DNA of 63,045 bases, counting the filler. It is 15 parts of 15 records of this genome, joined end to end, with 100 filler letters (N's around TTAATTAATTAA, not from the genome) between each part and the next. Parts side by side here need not be neighbours in the genome. Positions count along the whole stretch, not along the records: positions 45,997 to 48,534 come from SRR9188676_3075; positions 48,635 to 52,245 come from SRR9188676_3079; positions 52,346 to 57,823 come from SRR9188676_3083; positions 57,924 to 60,093 come from SRR9188676_3113; 11 more parts are not named here. One strand, 5' to 3'. The notes beneath the pieces were generated by a model that searched no databases, was not told the DNA's origin, and worked only from the letters and a program-made list of their open reading frames with translations. Positions 47,236 through 58,694 of this stretch are shown in pieces. Both the position numbers and the translations under genes were made by a program. Every line of letters starts with the position of its first letter. Positions within the stretch are counted from its first letter, which is position 1.

Positions 47236-48096
47236 ATGTCATTCTATGATGACGTTTGCTCCATATGCCGCAAAAGCACTTCCAATACCCCAACTCTAAG
47301 TCTGCTAGCCGGCTCATGTGGTCATAAATTGTAAGATACGCTTTTATTCACTCATTATCTGAGCGCTGATACATATCACCAGCTGCGAAACATGTATGAA
47401 TACAAAGTTTCATCAAAAGACGAAAATCGCTTGTCCAGAATGTGGAAATATCCTTGATCGGAATACATTCAAGCATGTGAAAACTCAGGATGAGATCCTC
47501 TTGGACAAAGAGAGCAATATACGAAAACGTATTGTAAAAGAGTATGATATTTTATTTGATGAAGATATTTTATTTCTGATCTTATCTCTCTTTTATAGCT
47601 TGTGTAAACGCGAAACGGATTTTACGAATCTCGAGGAATATAACGACTATTTAGAGCAAATTGAAGATATCAGTAAGTATAGCCCACTCATATTTGTTCT
47701 TATTTTGTTCTTTCTTTCTTTATTTTTTAGGATAACTGCTTCTCTCTCTTCCTGATCTGACGATTAGTCTCGATGTCATCGATTCTTGACTCGAACGGAT
47801 TGATCAGTACGACTTCAGCTATGATATATACAAGAGAGTCTGATAAATTTGCTATCTGACTTTGAGATTTTACTCCTAAAATCGTCCTCTCACTCTGGCG
47901 ACAAGGGACAACATCAAACATCAAACATCATCATCAGCAAGAATATATAACTTCATGTTCTCCCAATTTCTCATTCTGTGCAGTCTACAATCTCACGAAC
48001 GACATCCAAGTGGATGAAACGAGAAGGCGGATTGAAGCCATAAAGGCCGCCGATGCTGAGCTGATAGCTCGAAACCAGTCAAGGCGAGCAGAGGAG
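47236..48096 (+). CDS. MNAT1: CDK-activating kinase assembly factor MAT1/Tfb3 (multi-exon, partial)
   Basis: RING CSIC...CGHKFCETC...CPECG, then KESNIRKRI, KRETDFTNLEEYNDYLEQIEDI and IYNLTNDIQVDETRRRIE. Confidence 0.88.
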
Positions 48097-49524
48097 GTAT
48101 GTACACTGTAGTTATACTCTATTTCCCCGATATGATACTGCATGGGAGCAAAAGCTGGGATGTCCAGATCGCGTTCCATCCGTGAAGCACGATCTCGAAA
48201 TATTCCTGAGGGATCATATCGTCAAAGGATATTTTATCCTGAAACCATATCCACTCTGAAGCATATCGTACAGTTTTTCCCCTCTACATTGGTTCCTTTG
48301 GTGATCGGGGATGGCCATGAAAGTCCATATCACCCACAACAAAACTGACTTAACCAGGGTGTTGAAGAAGTGAGGTAGTGTATATATCATAGCATACAAG
48401 AGTGATTCAGTACAACACCAAGAAATGACAAATGAAAATCATTCGGGGTTTTAAGGAATTCATTTATTTACTTCTTTATGACAACTATTATGTCGCTGTC
48501 CGCTTAATTGTTGGGATTCGATTATGCAATGATTNNNNNNNNNNNNNNNNNNNNNNNNNNNNNNNNNNNNNNNNNNNNTTAATTAATTAANNNNNNNNNN
48601 NNNNNNNNNNNNNNNNNNNNNNNNNNNNNNNNNNTCTTTTTCCAGTTTACTACGTTCAAGCCTATCCCTGTCTGAAACAATATTTGTTTCGAAGATTGAT
48701 GCGATTGATAACAATGTCATGCATGTGCCTCAAATAAACCAAGTCCAAACATCCAGCTAGATATGCCCTGGAAGGAAGCGTTCTATGACATATATAGGCA
48801 CATCGAAGTCAGTAAACAAGCTGATTAGTTGATGATCTATTGATAGTCAGTCGAACAGTCCACCAGCGCATAATCGCACAAGCTAGAGTCTTCTAAACAC
48901 TTATAGGCCAAAAATAGTTTGGATATCTTTCTCGGCTGCAGGAGTCACAACACTAGGATGATCTTGGGAAGCACCTACGGGGGTTTCAGGCCTCCTTCAA
49001 CACTCTAAGTGCCCTCTTCAGCCAGATTCAGGGTGGCTAGACGAGACATCTCGAAGTGTTTTCGCCAACTTTCTCATTCATTTCATAACGTTACTATGGA
49101 TTATCGTATTCAAAAGACTTTTTCAATATTAAGTGTTCTGAATGAGATGATGTTACTTGGTGCGAAAAATCCGATTTCTTGTTCACTTTCCGACATTTCA
49201 CGAGATTTTACGGGAGGCTCAAAGTGAATAAGACGCCTTACTCAGGGGGGTTTCTGCTCACTCGGATTCTCATGGCACTGGGAGCCCCTCGTGAGAATTA
49301 ACTATTATAGAAAATCATCACTCTATTGAAGAGATATCAACATCCCAATCCAGATATTTTATAGAATATACATTAGCACATGTTATTACTTCAATGATCG
49401 ACTGCTTGGGGAAGAAAACTGTTACCCACTTTTATTGGAGTGGGGGGCTCATCAGTGTCGCAATGCAAGAGTTACGCTGGATTTAAAAAGACAATTTTGA
49501 CGGGAAAAAAGCTGAGGCTCTTAC

Positions 49525-51133
49525 CAATATTGTTCCTTGCGTAGGTCGAGGAGCATGTTGAACATATCTTTTCGAGCTAACCGTGCCGCGAGAACAAAAG
49601 GAGGCAGATTCGCAATATAGCCGTTGGATTCTTGCACATCCTGGGAGGAATATCTCTTTGCAGTGTGAAGCCAGTCAGACAGCTGCTTGTACATCGCCCG
49701 AAAATCCCTCGTATTGCTCTGAGAATGTCACGACATATGTGATATTGGCAAGGATAAGAGAGTTGGCTATTTTCATGAAATACGAGTCACGCAGTACAGT
49801 CACAACTGATGAGACGAAGTAGTTGAAAGAGAGACGCGAGGAATTGAAGCCAACTGTACCTCCATGTTTTCAAGCTCCTCCTCGGTAGCATTTTCAAAAC
49901 ATTGACTTGTGATTAAGTTGCCCACACCATCCATGGGAAAATACTGAAACAAGAGCAGAATGGGAAGGCGTAAGGCACAGCGTCGAATCTAGCCATCAGC
50001 GCACATGATTCCCTCACTAGTACAGACGAAGGGAACACAGAAGACAAACGATGGGGAAAAACGAAAACTAGCATGATCCTTCGATAGAAACACCGCACAG
50101 GGAAGGAAGTACTTTACCTGACCGCATATCACTAAAGACCTGAGGGCACTTTCAAGTAGTTTAATCAACAAGGCCTTTCTTGGTTGCAAACGCAAGAACT
50201 CCACCATTTCGACCTCGTTTCGAGTGACTGCGAAATCCAGTGGGTATTGACCCCAATAGCGACAGCCCGCTCGAGTCACTCGGGCGTTGGAGAACCGTAC
50301 CTCCTCGGGCTAGATGTCAGGCAGAACAAATCAGAAAGCTTTGTCAGTTACAAGAATAGAGAGTGTGGATTTCTTTGATAAGGGAGTTTGAGATATATCA
50401 CTAAGCTTGGGACTGTACGAACAACTATGAACAATTACGATATAGGTTCACTATTCAAGCAATCAGACCACAGATATTTTGGCAATCGGGCCAGCTTTTC
50501 AGAGAGGGGAGGGATGTACGACAATTGGGCCACATCCTTGGGCTCTCATAACGAAAAAACTTTCTCTTGAAATACGACATACAATGAAGAAATCTCCAGC
50601 GACGGGCTTGTCTAACGCGGCACCAGCAGACACAAGGAATTTCACCAAGTGCAAATGTCTCTTGACAATCACCATGTGCAGTGTCGTCTCCCCTGGATGA
50701 GATGAGAAAGCAAGCAACACAGTGAGACAGCATCATGAGCGGAGGGAACGATCCAAATATGGCCGAAACAAAGTATCCCCAAGCGGGGAAGGATCAAGAG
50801 AGAGTAAACCAACCTCGATATCGACCAATCACATAGGTAGTATTGATCAGCGCGGGGTAGCACCACACCAGCAGCTTGATGATGTACTGCGAACAAAACA
50901 AAATGAGGTTCATTTTCCTATAGTGCTCTGGAACTTCAGAGAATGTTTCTTACACTGAACAGCAGGCGGTCTGAGGGCCGGTCGTTGGCTTGTCCACTGT
51001 CTTTCTTTGGATGGTTTAACTGTAGTGCGGCCAGGTGCAGCACAGTTTCCCCTTCGCTCCCGCGAAATTCGCAACTCACCAGAACTTTGCCAATCATAGC
51101 TCTTTGTTTGAGGTCGTTGATGTTGGCGGGATG
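49525..51133 (-). CDS. TRPV-like cation channel N-terminal ankyrin region (multi-exon, partial)
   Basis: Exons give RGSEGETVLHLAAL, YPALINTTY...YRGETTLHMVIV...VKFLV...VAGDFF, YWGQYPLDFAV and LPPFVLAARLARKDMFNMLL..RKEQYW, in the order of TRPV ankyrin repeats. No TM region is seen. Confidence 0.65.
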
Positions 51134-52047
51134 CTGAAAAAAAAAAATGAGACGGGATTTCCGCAACAAACAGAAAAAAAAGGGGGGAGTGTGAGGGTTT
51201 TGTACTGCGTTGTGTCATTGTGAAAGCCATGCAGAGATAATATATCCGCTCCGTTGCTTTTATCTAGTACGATCAATGCAGACCAACAACTGCAGTGATC
51301 AGAGTAGGCGATGCTTCTTCAAGATGATTCAAAAGTGTTGACGAAAGGCGTCGTAGAAAAAGAATTTCGTACCAATTGCTTGATTACGTGTTCGATTACT
51401 TCGGGTGCATATTTCGCAGATTGCTCCATCAAGGGGATAACACCTGAGAAGACAAGACAGACATGCACAGCTAAGCGTATTTCATAAATACAGCATAAGG
51501 TTGCTTTTTCGAATTGATTGGCTCAGGAGATATCCTCCTTGCAAATTTTCAACAACTGACCGGTGCTTGCCCCTACCATTTGGAGGCTCCTATGGGAGGA
51601 GTGTGGTGGAAAGGCAAGTCTTCTCTCCAGAGTCAATTGTATGTCATTGGCTTTGGCCGGTGTTCTCTAATTTGAGCTGTTCCAAAGAGGGTTTCTCAAA
51701 CTTGGTCTCCTTGTGGAACATGAAAAGGCGAGGTCTAATACCAAAGAGCTAAGTTTCGTCATTGGGCGAATAAGAAGGAAATTTTATGACTAATACATAA
51801 TTAACAAGCTCATTAGTAGATAGCTCGTCGCAGAGGACGAAACCACCGGGGCAGGAATCGCACAAGAACGAGAGGGGTCTTCGTAGCAAGCTAAAAAGAC
51901 AAAAGTGGATATTCGTAAAAAGCTAAACTGAAAAACACGTGAAAAACCTAGCTCCCTGGGCAGTCATGAGCACTACCACTATGTTTATCATCGGGCAGCC
52001 CTCAACTATGACTCATACCTAGGTATACAGATTTGTTTTCAGGAGAA

Positions 52048-52164
52048 GGTCGACCCAGGGGTCTATCACATGGCTCTGGGTGGTACGAAAATGGACAAAT
52101 GGGCCACCAAATGGGGAAAGGGCGGTAAGTAAATGGAGCCATGTGATAGACCCTCGAGTCGACC
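52048..52164. repeat. 29-bp imperfect inverted repeat enclosing ~59 bp (MITE-like or hairpin)
   Basis: ggtcgacccaggggtctatcacatggctc ... gagccatgtgatagaccctcgagtcgacc. Confidence 0.7.
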
Positions 52165-52220
52165 AAAACACTAACGATTCAATTACGATGGTAAGATAAA
52201 GGAATGGCGGATATGAACGA

Positions 52221-52245
52221 TGTGTGTGTGTGTGTGTGTGTGTGT
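52221..52245. repeat. (TG)n microsatellite at contig end
   Basis: Seen directly in the sequence. Confidence 0.9.
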
Positions 52246-52355
52246 NNNNNNNNNNNNNNNNNNNNNNNNNNNNNNNNNNNNNNNNNNNNTTAATTAATTA
52301 ANNNNNNNNNNNNNNNNNNNNNNNNNNNNNNNNNNNNNNNNNNNNACAAATGTTT

Positions 52356-53903
52356 TTATTCTTCTATAATTACATAAAATTTAAAATTCAGCGGGTCGAA
52401 AACTTCCGAAACTTGATTTAAAAATTCGGGATTATTCAAATAGAAATTCAAGAAGTTTTCGCTTCGTTCCTGTGGCGTTCCATTCGGGAAAAGCTTTTGT
52501 TTTACGCCCAAAAGCTGATTTACTTCAGTTTCATGATTTCTTTCCTCAGCCTTTTTCAAACGCTTTTCTAAGTTTTCAAGGGCATTCAATACTTTTTGTT
52601 GTTCGCCTTTTACTGCACCTTCCAGCGTTTTATCGATTTTAATAGCTTTCGCCAAAATTTCATCAAAAACCTGCACAAAAGCATTACTCTCGTTTGATAA
52701 GCTTAAACTATTTTCAGTATGTTTTTCAATGAAATTCTTTTTCAAACTAATTTCATCTAAGAATAAATCTTCGCTCGTTAAATCCAATTTTTCCATTTTC
52801 TTGGCTGTTGCTTTGTTAACTACCAAACAAAAATTCCGTGGCATTAAAATTGGAAATTCAACTTGATGAAAATCAAAAATACTCTTCAATTGCAACCAGT
52901 AAGGCACTTCTGAAGGCCCGCCGATATAAGCCAAATTCGGAAGTATTACTTCTTCATAAACAGGTCTTAGTACTACGTTTGGACTAAATTTTTCTGGTTC
53001 ATTCTCAAGTATCGTCAGTATTTCTGTTTCAGAAAAAGACAAATCAGTATTGAGGATTTTATACGTATTTTCTTCTTTTACGATGCGTTCACGCAAACCA
53101 TTGTCCAAATAAAAGAAGTTGATTTCACGTGGGGAAATTTGGGTTTTATAACCCAAAGATTCCAGATTTTCAGAAGTTTTTGAGACAACATTAAAAGCGG
53201 TGTGATGCAGTAAATCGTTTTTAATAATAGGTGCAAAAAGTTTTTTCAGGTTTCTATCATCGGCATCAATACAGACTAAACCTTGGTTTCCGAACAATTC
53301 GTTGGCGTAACATCGGGCAGCATTTGCAAGTGTTTCGCTATTCAGATAAGCATCTTTGAAAACAGCAGGACATTCAGCCATTTCTGTTATCAAACTTTCC
53401 AATTCCTTAGGATTCATTCTTCCAACTGCCCCTTTTTGAGCCGTTTCCCAAGCTAGTTTTTTTCCGAATAAAGAAAAATGATTGATTTCTGCAAAATCAT
53501 GGTCTTCGGTTGCCATCCAATAAACTGGCACAAAGTTGTACTCAGGAAAGGCTTTTCTTAATGATTTTGCCAAGTTAATCACCGTAACCAATTTATAAAT
53601 CACATAAAGTGGTCCAGTAAAAATATTAAGTTGGTGTCCAGTTGTAACCGTGAAAGTCTTTTCTGATAAAAGAATATCAAAATCTGGGTGATTACTTATA
53701 CCTGAATACTGCTGTTTTAACGTTTCTACTAAAACTTTGCGTTTAGTAACATCAAACTGTTTTAGCGCAATTTGTTTTTCAAAACCTTGAATGGATGGAT
53801 AATTCTCGTAAAAATCTTTCGTTTTTGTGTTTTGATTGATGAAGTCTAAGAAAAGAGACGAAAATTGATTTACGGTCTCTAAAGGTAGTTGATGTATTTG
53901 CAT
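52356..53903 (-). CDS. bshC: Bacillithiol biosynthesis cysteine-adding enzyme
   Basis: Motifs VTTGHQLNIFTGPLY, PVYWMATEDHDFAEI, FSPNVVLRPVY, YIGGPSEVPYWLQL and LFPNGTPQER. Confidence 0.95.
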   Translation of the reverse strand: MQIHQLPLETVNQFSSLFLDFINQNTKTKDFYENYPSIQGFEKQIALKQFDVTKRKVLVETLKQQYSGISNHPDFDILLSEKTFTVTTGHQLNIFTGPLYVIYKLVTVINLAKSLRKAFPEYNFVPVYWMATEDHDFAEINHFSLFGKKLAWETAQKGAVGRMNPKELESLITEMAECPAVFKDAYLNSETLANAARCYANELFGNQGLVCIDADDRNLKKLFAPIIKNDLLHHTAFNVVSKTSENLESLGYKTQISPREINFFYLDNGLRERIVKEENTYKILNTDLSFSETEILTILENEPEKFSPNVVLRPVYEEVILPNLAYIGGPSEVPYWLQLKSIFDFHQVEFPILMPRNFCLVVNKATAKKMEKLDLTSEDLFLDEISLKKNFIEKHTENSLSLSNESNAFVQVFDEILAKAIKIDKTLEGAVKGEQQKVLNALENLEKRLKKAEERNHETEVNQLLGVKQKLFPNGTPQERSENFLNFYLNNPEFLNQVSEVFDPLNFKFYVIIEE

Positions 53904-54007
53904 TATTGCCTTATGCGTTTGATATGTAAAATCCAGACAGTCTTGTTTGAATTACAAGTTTAACGTAGAAGTTTTAGACTTTGTTCTTTTCCTATAAAAA
54001 ATTCAAC

Positions 54008-54039
54008 AAAAAAGCCTTTAGAAATTTCCTAAAGGCTTT
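54008..54039 (-). terminator. Terminator-like hairpin (minus strand) upstream of bshC
   Basis: Minus strand reads AAAGCCTTTAG-loop-CTAAAGGC-TTTTTT. Confidence 0.6.
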
Positions 54040-54408
54040 CGATATTCTCCATAAGCTATTTAATTATCTTTAATTTTCATGAAATGTATTTAGAATATAC
54101 TTCATGAAAAATCTAATCGTCGTTCATTTTCATTTACGTGATAAAAAGGAATAAGGTTTCAAAACAATCAAATTATTTTACTTATATCTTTGATTATTAA
54201 TTATTTAACTAAACGACAATAAACTAAGCCCTTTCCCCTATTCTATTTCCAATCAGCCTTCTGCTTAAGCCAATTAACCCCATAAATTATCTACAAGTAC
54301 TCTAAGAGACATCAAATCCTTTAAAAAGGTTGGACTGTTATTAGAATATTACCAAAAAAACTTCTTTAGTTCTTATCTTTATTATAAAATGTGAACTTCA
54401 TCGCTCTT

Positions 54409-55440
54409 ATGCAAAAAATTATACTTGTCTTTTTGATAATTACTGCTCATTTTTGGGCAGTTGCACAAACCAAACCGCAGTATAGTCAATACATGATGAA
54501 CAGTTATTTAATCAACCCAGCCGTTTCGGGGATTGAAGACTATACAGATATTAAAACAGGTTACAGAAATCAATGGACAGATTTTGAAGGCGCTCCACTT
54601 ACTTATTATCTTTCGGCACATTTAGCTATTGGCAAAACAGATATTACAAGTACTGGAGCAAGACCCAATTTTAGTAAATCTATTCGTCGCCCAATGGCAC
54701 TTTCAAATAATTTCAACGGTTCTGCCAAAGTACCAGCCCATCATGGCATTGGTTTTATCTTGGTTGCTGATAAAACCGGTGCAAATACTCAGAATAGTTT
54801 GAATCTGAGTTACGCTTTACATGTTCCAGTAACCAATAAAATTAAATTATCTGTTGGGTTTTCGGGTGGAATCTCACAGTATGGTGTTGATTTTAGTAAA
54901 ATACAAGTAAAAGACAACCCAGATCAAGTAATTGTTGCAGGCTCTAAACTTACGGCCATTCAGCCCAATCTGAATGTAGGCACTTGGTTATACTCCAAAA
55001 CTTTTTTTGTTGGAGTTTCGGCGAATCAATTTATTTTCAACAGCTTTAATTATAAAAATAAAGACAACAATACTCAAAGTTGGATTGGAAACGCCGTTCC
55101 GCATTACTTTTTAACTGCAGGTTTCAGACAAGAAATTAGTGACGATTGGACGGTTATTCCTTCTACGCTCATCAAAAGAGTCGCACAAGCTCCTTTAAGT
55201 TTTGATGTAAATGTGAAAGCTGTTTTCCGAGATAGATTTTGGTTTGGAACTTCTTACAGACATAAAGATGCTTTTGTAGGGTTGTTAGGCGTAAATATCA
55301 GCTCCTTAATTAATTTGGGTTACTCTTACGACTTTACTTTATCGGGATTGAAAGAACGTTCTAGAGGTTCGCATGAAGTAGTGATTGGCGTAATGTTGAA
55401 CAATCGCCGACGAGTACTTTGTCCACAAAATTTATGGTAA
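54409..55440 (+). CDS. Type IX secretion system PorP/SprF family outer-membrane protein
   Basis: Signal peptide; motifs QYSQYMMN..LINPA..G, YRNQW..FEGAP, G.SYR, GYSYD and GSHEV. Confidence 0.92.
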   Translation: MQKIILVFLIITAHFWAVAQTKPQYSQYMMNSYLINPAVSGIEDYTDIKTGYRNQWTDFEGAPLTYYLSAHLAIGKTDITSTGARPNFSKSIRRPMALSNNFNGSAKVPAHHGIGFILVADKTGANTQNSLNLSYALHVPVTNKIKLSVGFSGGISQYGVDFSKIQVKDNPDQVIVAGSKLTAIQPNLNVGTWLYSKTFFVGVSANQFIFNSFNYKNKDNNTQSWIGNAVPHYFLTAGFRQEISDDWTVIPSTLIKRVAQAPLSFDVNVKAVFRDRFWFGTSYRHKDAFVGLLGVNISSLINLGYSYDFTLSGLKERSRGSHEVVIGVMLNNRRRVLCPQNLW

Positions 55441-55441
55441 T

Positions 55442-55777
55442 TTATCGATACTTTATAAAATTCCAATTTTTACGACTAGCTAAATATTGTAGATTTTCGT
55501 CATTTTCATAAGCCTCCTTTTCAAAAATAATATTTCGGTAAGCTTGATGATGATTTTGTCCTTTAAATCTGTTCCAACAATATGCCAACAAGTACCAACA
55601 ATAGAAAGGCAAAATGAATAATTCTATTTGTTGAGCAAGATGGATACGCTCATGATTCAGCAATACTTCAGGAGGATTTTTTGATTTGACCAATACAAAC
55701 GGGAAAATCGCCATGCCATCAACATTTAGAAAAGGACAATAAATGGTAAAAAAGAAGGCTTTTCTACGATTCTCCAA
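55442..55777 (-). CDS. Small conserved Bacteroidota hypothetical protein with HExxH motif
   Basis: Contains GMAIFPF, LNHERIHLAQQIE and AYRNIIFEKEAY. Confidence 0.75.
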   Translation of the reverse strand: MENRRKAFFFTIYCPFLNVDGMAIFPFVLVKSKNPPEVLLNHERIHLAQQIELFILPFYCWYLLAYCWNRFKGQNHHQAYRNIIFEKEAYENDENLQYLASRKNWNFIKYR

Positions 55778-55792
55778 GATGTTAAGATTTTA

Positions 55793-56263
55793 TTAGCTAT
55801 ACTTTTGATTGATTTTATCGTAAAGTGATGTTGGAATCTTTGATTCGTATTCGGTAGTTTTTACTTCTGGGCGCACCCAATCTAAATGTCCTTTTATCCA
55901 AGCATAAGCCAAACCAATGAGTAATACGCCTACAAACACAAACATTTCGACCAACGAAAACCACCCCCACAAACCATCCGTTTCAGCAATTAGCCGCTTA
56001 TTTCCGAAAACAGTTGCCCAAGGAAATAAAAAGATAAGTTCTACATCAAAAAGGATAAAAATCAAGGCGATTACATAAAAACGAATGTTAAAACGGACAT
56101 TGGCGTTTCCGTCTGGTTCTTCACCAGATTCATAAGTAGTGAGTTTTTCTTCATTCGGGCGATTGGGGCGAATGAGTTTTGCAAGAAACAAAATGACAGC
56201 AACAAAAACTATCGCTGAAATGATAAAAAGTAAGATATAACCAAAATCTGTAAGCATTGTCAT
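55793..56263 (-). CDS. nuoA: NADH-quinone oxidoreductase subunit A
   Basis: Motifs [34 protein letters not shown] and AWIKGHLDW. Confidence 0.93.
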   Translation of the reverse strand: MTMLTDFGYILLFIISAIVFVAVILFLAKLIRPNRPNEEKLTTYESGEEPDGNANVRFNIRFYVIALIFILFDVELIFLFPWATVFGNKRLIAETDGLWGWFSLVEMFVFVGVLLIGLAYAWIKGHLDWVRPEVKTTEYESKIPTSLYDKINQKYS

Positions 56264-56284
56264 TGAGAATCTCGTTCTGAGATT

Positions 56285-56902
56285 TTATTTATTCCGAAAA
56301 TTCAGATACCCTTTTACCACTGTAAAAGTAGTAATTGCTAAAAAGAAAAAGATGACATAATGAACGTAATTGATAATCCAAGGGAATTCTACGCCAAAAT
56401 AATAACCGCCACCTACTAAAGAACCGACCCAAACGGCTCCGCCAACTACATTATAAAAAAGGTATTTGGGATAATTCATTCTACTAATTCCTGCCAAAAT
56501 TGGCGCAAAAGTACGAATGTATGGCAAAAATCGACAAATTATTAAGGCTTGGCTACCGTACTTTTCAAAAAAATCACGAGTAGAATCCAAATGTTTTTGC
56601 TTGAAATACCAAGTATCTGGTTTATTTTCGAGATTACTCCCAAAAAACCGCCCAAACAGAAAGCCCGTCAATGAGCCCAAAACAGCCGCCACAAAAAGGT
56701 ACAATAAAACTGTTCCGATAGCATATTTCAAGAAGCCTGTTCCTACAAAAACACCAGTTAAAAAAAGCAGATAATCACCCGGAAGAAAAAAAGCAAAAAA
56801 CAATCCGTTTTCGGCATATACTACAAAGGTAATCGCAAAAAGACCCGCACCAATGATTTCTTTAGAATCAGATAAGTATTTAATGATTTCGGATATGTCC
56901 AT
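56285..56902 (-). CDS. DedA family membrane protein
   Basis: Motifs AENGLFFAFFLPGDYLLF, FFEKYG and RFLPYIRTFAPILAG. Confidence 0.92.
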   Translation of the reverse strand: MDISEIIKYLSDSKEIIGAGLFAITFVVYAENGLFFAFFLPGDYLLFLTGVFVGTGFLKYAIGTVLLYLFVAAVLGSLTGFLFGRFFGSNLENKPDTWYFKQKHLDSTRDFFEKYGSQALIICRFLPYIRTFAPILAGISRMNYPKYLFYNVVGGAVWVGSLVGGGYYFGVEFPWIINYVHYVIFFFLAITTFTVVKGYLNFRNK

Positions 56903-57205
56903 TTTAAAGTAGATGAAATGCCTTTTGGGCTGAAGTATAAAAATACTTTTGTCTATAAAGAGGCTTTTTTCAACGTTAGTTAAAGTATAAACAGTTTTAA
57001 TGTTAAAATTAGTCTGCCAATCTGTTTAATTGTATTGTTAAAATAGAATTTTTATGCCTTTAAAATAAAATGATTGGGCAAGCGTTTTCGTTGAAATTGG
57101 ATATATAACAAGTAAAATTACTTAAATTTCAATCAAATTTTCTAATCCTAAAATCATTAATTAATCTAATTTTACTCAACAACATACTTTCCAGAATTAT
57201 ATACG

Positions 57206-57715
57206 ATGAAAAAAGCAATTATTATCTTTTTAGTACTTGTACTACTTTTGGGTGGATTCTTCTCTTCAAGCTTAATTAGCTATTTCAATACGCCTTCTGC
57301 CGAAACTGAAACAGCAATTATTTCCCCAAATACAGGTATTTCTGAGCCTGTTTTCACCAAAGAAGGAGAATTGGAGTTTCTGAGAATTAAAGAAAAGTTA
57401 ACAATAGAAATTGCAGATAATGACAAAGAAACCGAACAAGGATTAATGTTTCGTCGTTCGATGCCCGATTCTTGTGGCATGTTATTCATCATGCCCAACA
57501 ATGAACCACAAAGTTTTTGGATGAAAAATACTTTTATTCCGCTAGACATCATGTTTTTAGATGAACAAAAGAAAATCGTAACGATACAAGCCAACAGAAT
57601 TCCATTTTCAGAAGAAGCGATTCCATCCTACGAAAATGCAAAATATGTGTTAGAAGTAAATGCAGGATACTGCAAAAGGAAAGGAATTGAAAAAGGAGAT
57701 TTGTTGAAATTTTAA
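57206..57715 (+). CDS. DUF192 domain protein
   Basis: EIAD....QGLMFR..GMLF...FWMKNTFIPLDIMF...YVLEVNAG. Confidence 0.92.
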   Translation: MKKAIIIFLVLVLLLGGFFSSSLISYFNTPSAETETAIISPNTGISEPVFTKEGELEFLRIKEKLTIEIADNDKETEQGLMFRRSMPDSCGMLFIMPNNEPQSFWMKNTFIPLDIMFLDEQKKIVTIQANRIPFSEEAIPSYENAKYVLEVNAGYCKRKGIEKGDLLKF

Positions 57716-57727
57716 GGAGGTTTTGTT

Positions 57728-57823
57728 AAGTCAGAGACAAGAAGCAAGAGACAAGATAAAAGAGAGCTATTATACTTTTGTCTTATTTCTTGTTTCTTGC
57801 TTCTTGCTTCTTGCTTCTTGCTT
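57728..57823. repeat. Heptamer-built inverted repeat (AAGCAAG / CTTGCTT type), truncated at contig end
   Basis: aagtcag agacaag aagcaag agacaag ataaaag ... cttttgt cttattt cttgttt (cttgctt)x4. Confidence 0.8.
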
Positions 57824-58308
57824 NNNNNNNNNNNNNNNNNNNNNNNNNNNNNNNNNNNNNNNNNNNNTTAATTAATTAANNNNNNNNNNNNNNNNNNNNN
57901 NNNNNNNNNNNNNNNNNNNNNNNTAATTACCAAAATCATTGCATAATCTACAATGAATGAAGTATGAGCCGGTATATCATTCACCATGGTAGCATGATGT
58001 CAGACATAGTCTATTCTCTGCTGCCAGGGAGAACGAAATCATCGAGAAAGGGGCAAAATAATCGAAATATCAGGCAGATATATCAGATCTATCTGGAGTT
58101 TTTTGATGGGTATCGTGGAGTAAATATTCATTCTTCAGTTTGTAGCAGTCCATGGCTAGCTATCCACTACAGTCAGATATTCTACCGCATAGAAAATAAA
58201 AATACACAATTTGCCGATTTGATTTCGGAAAAACCATCCCCGAAACTTTTCGTAATGAGTTTCATCAACATGATTTCTGCTTTCTTGTTCTCTGTTAATC
58301 GATGGTTG

Positions 58309-58694
58309 TACATATCATGGGTTCTGGAGTTCTACGATTCTCCACGAAAGTCTACTCTGTCCTACTACGAGACATTTTTTGCGCCCATCATAACATCGCA
58401 CTGATATGTCTCTCACGCTTCATGATTGATCCAAAAAACTCTACTGTCGCATCATATATCATATGCCTACCTGCTTTGCAAGATGTCATATGAACACAAT
58501 TTCTACTTGTTCTTTTCTTATCGATGATACATATCATGGGTTCTAGAGTTCTACGTTCTCCATGGAAGTCTACTATGCCCGTTTCTACGAGACATCTTTG
58601 TGTGCCCATCATAACATTGCACCGATATGTCCAAGCTTCATTTTTCTACTGTCGCATCATATTCATATGCCTACCTGCTTGTGCAAGATGTCAT
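58309..58694. repeat. Diverged tandem duplication (~170-180 bp) including an exon end and splice donor
   Basis: Copies 58309-58489 and 58528-58694 share tacatatcatgggttct...gcccatcataacat...ctactgtcgcatcatat...atgcctacctgctt.gcaagatgtcat. Confidence 0.85.
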
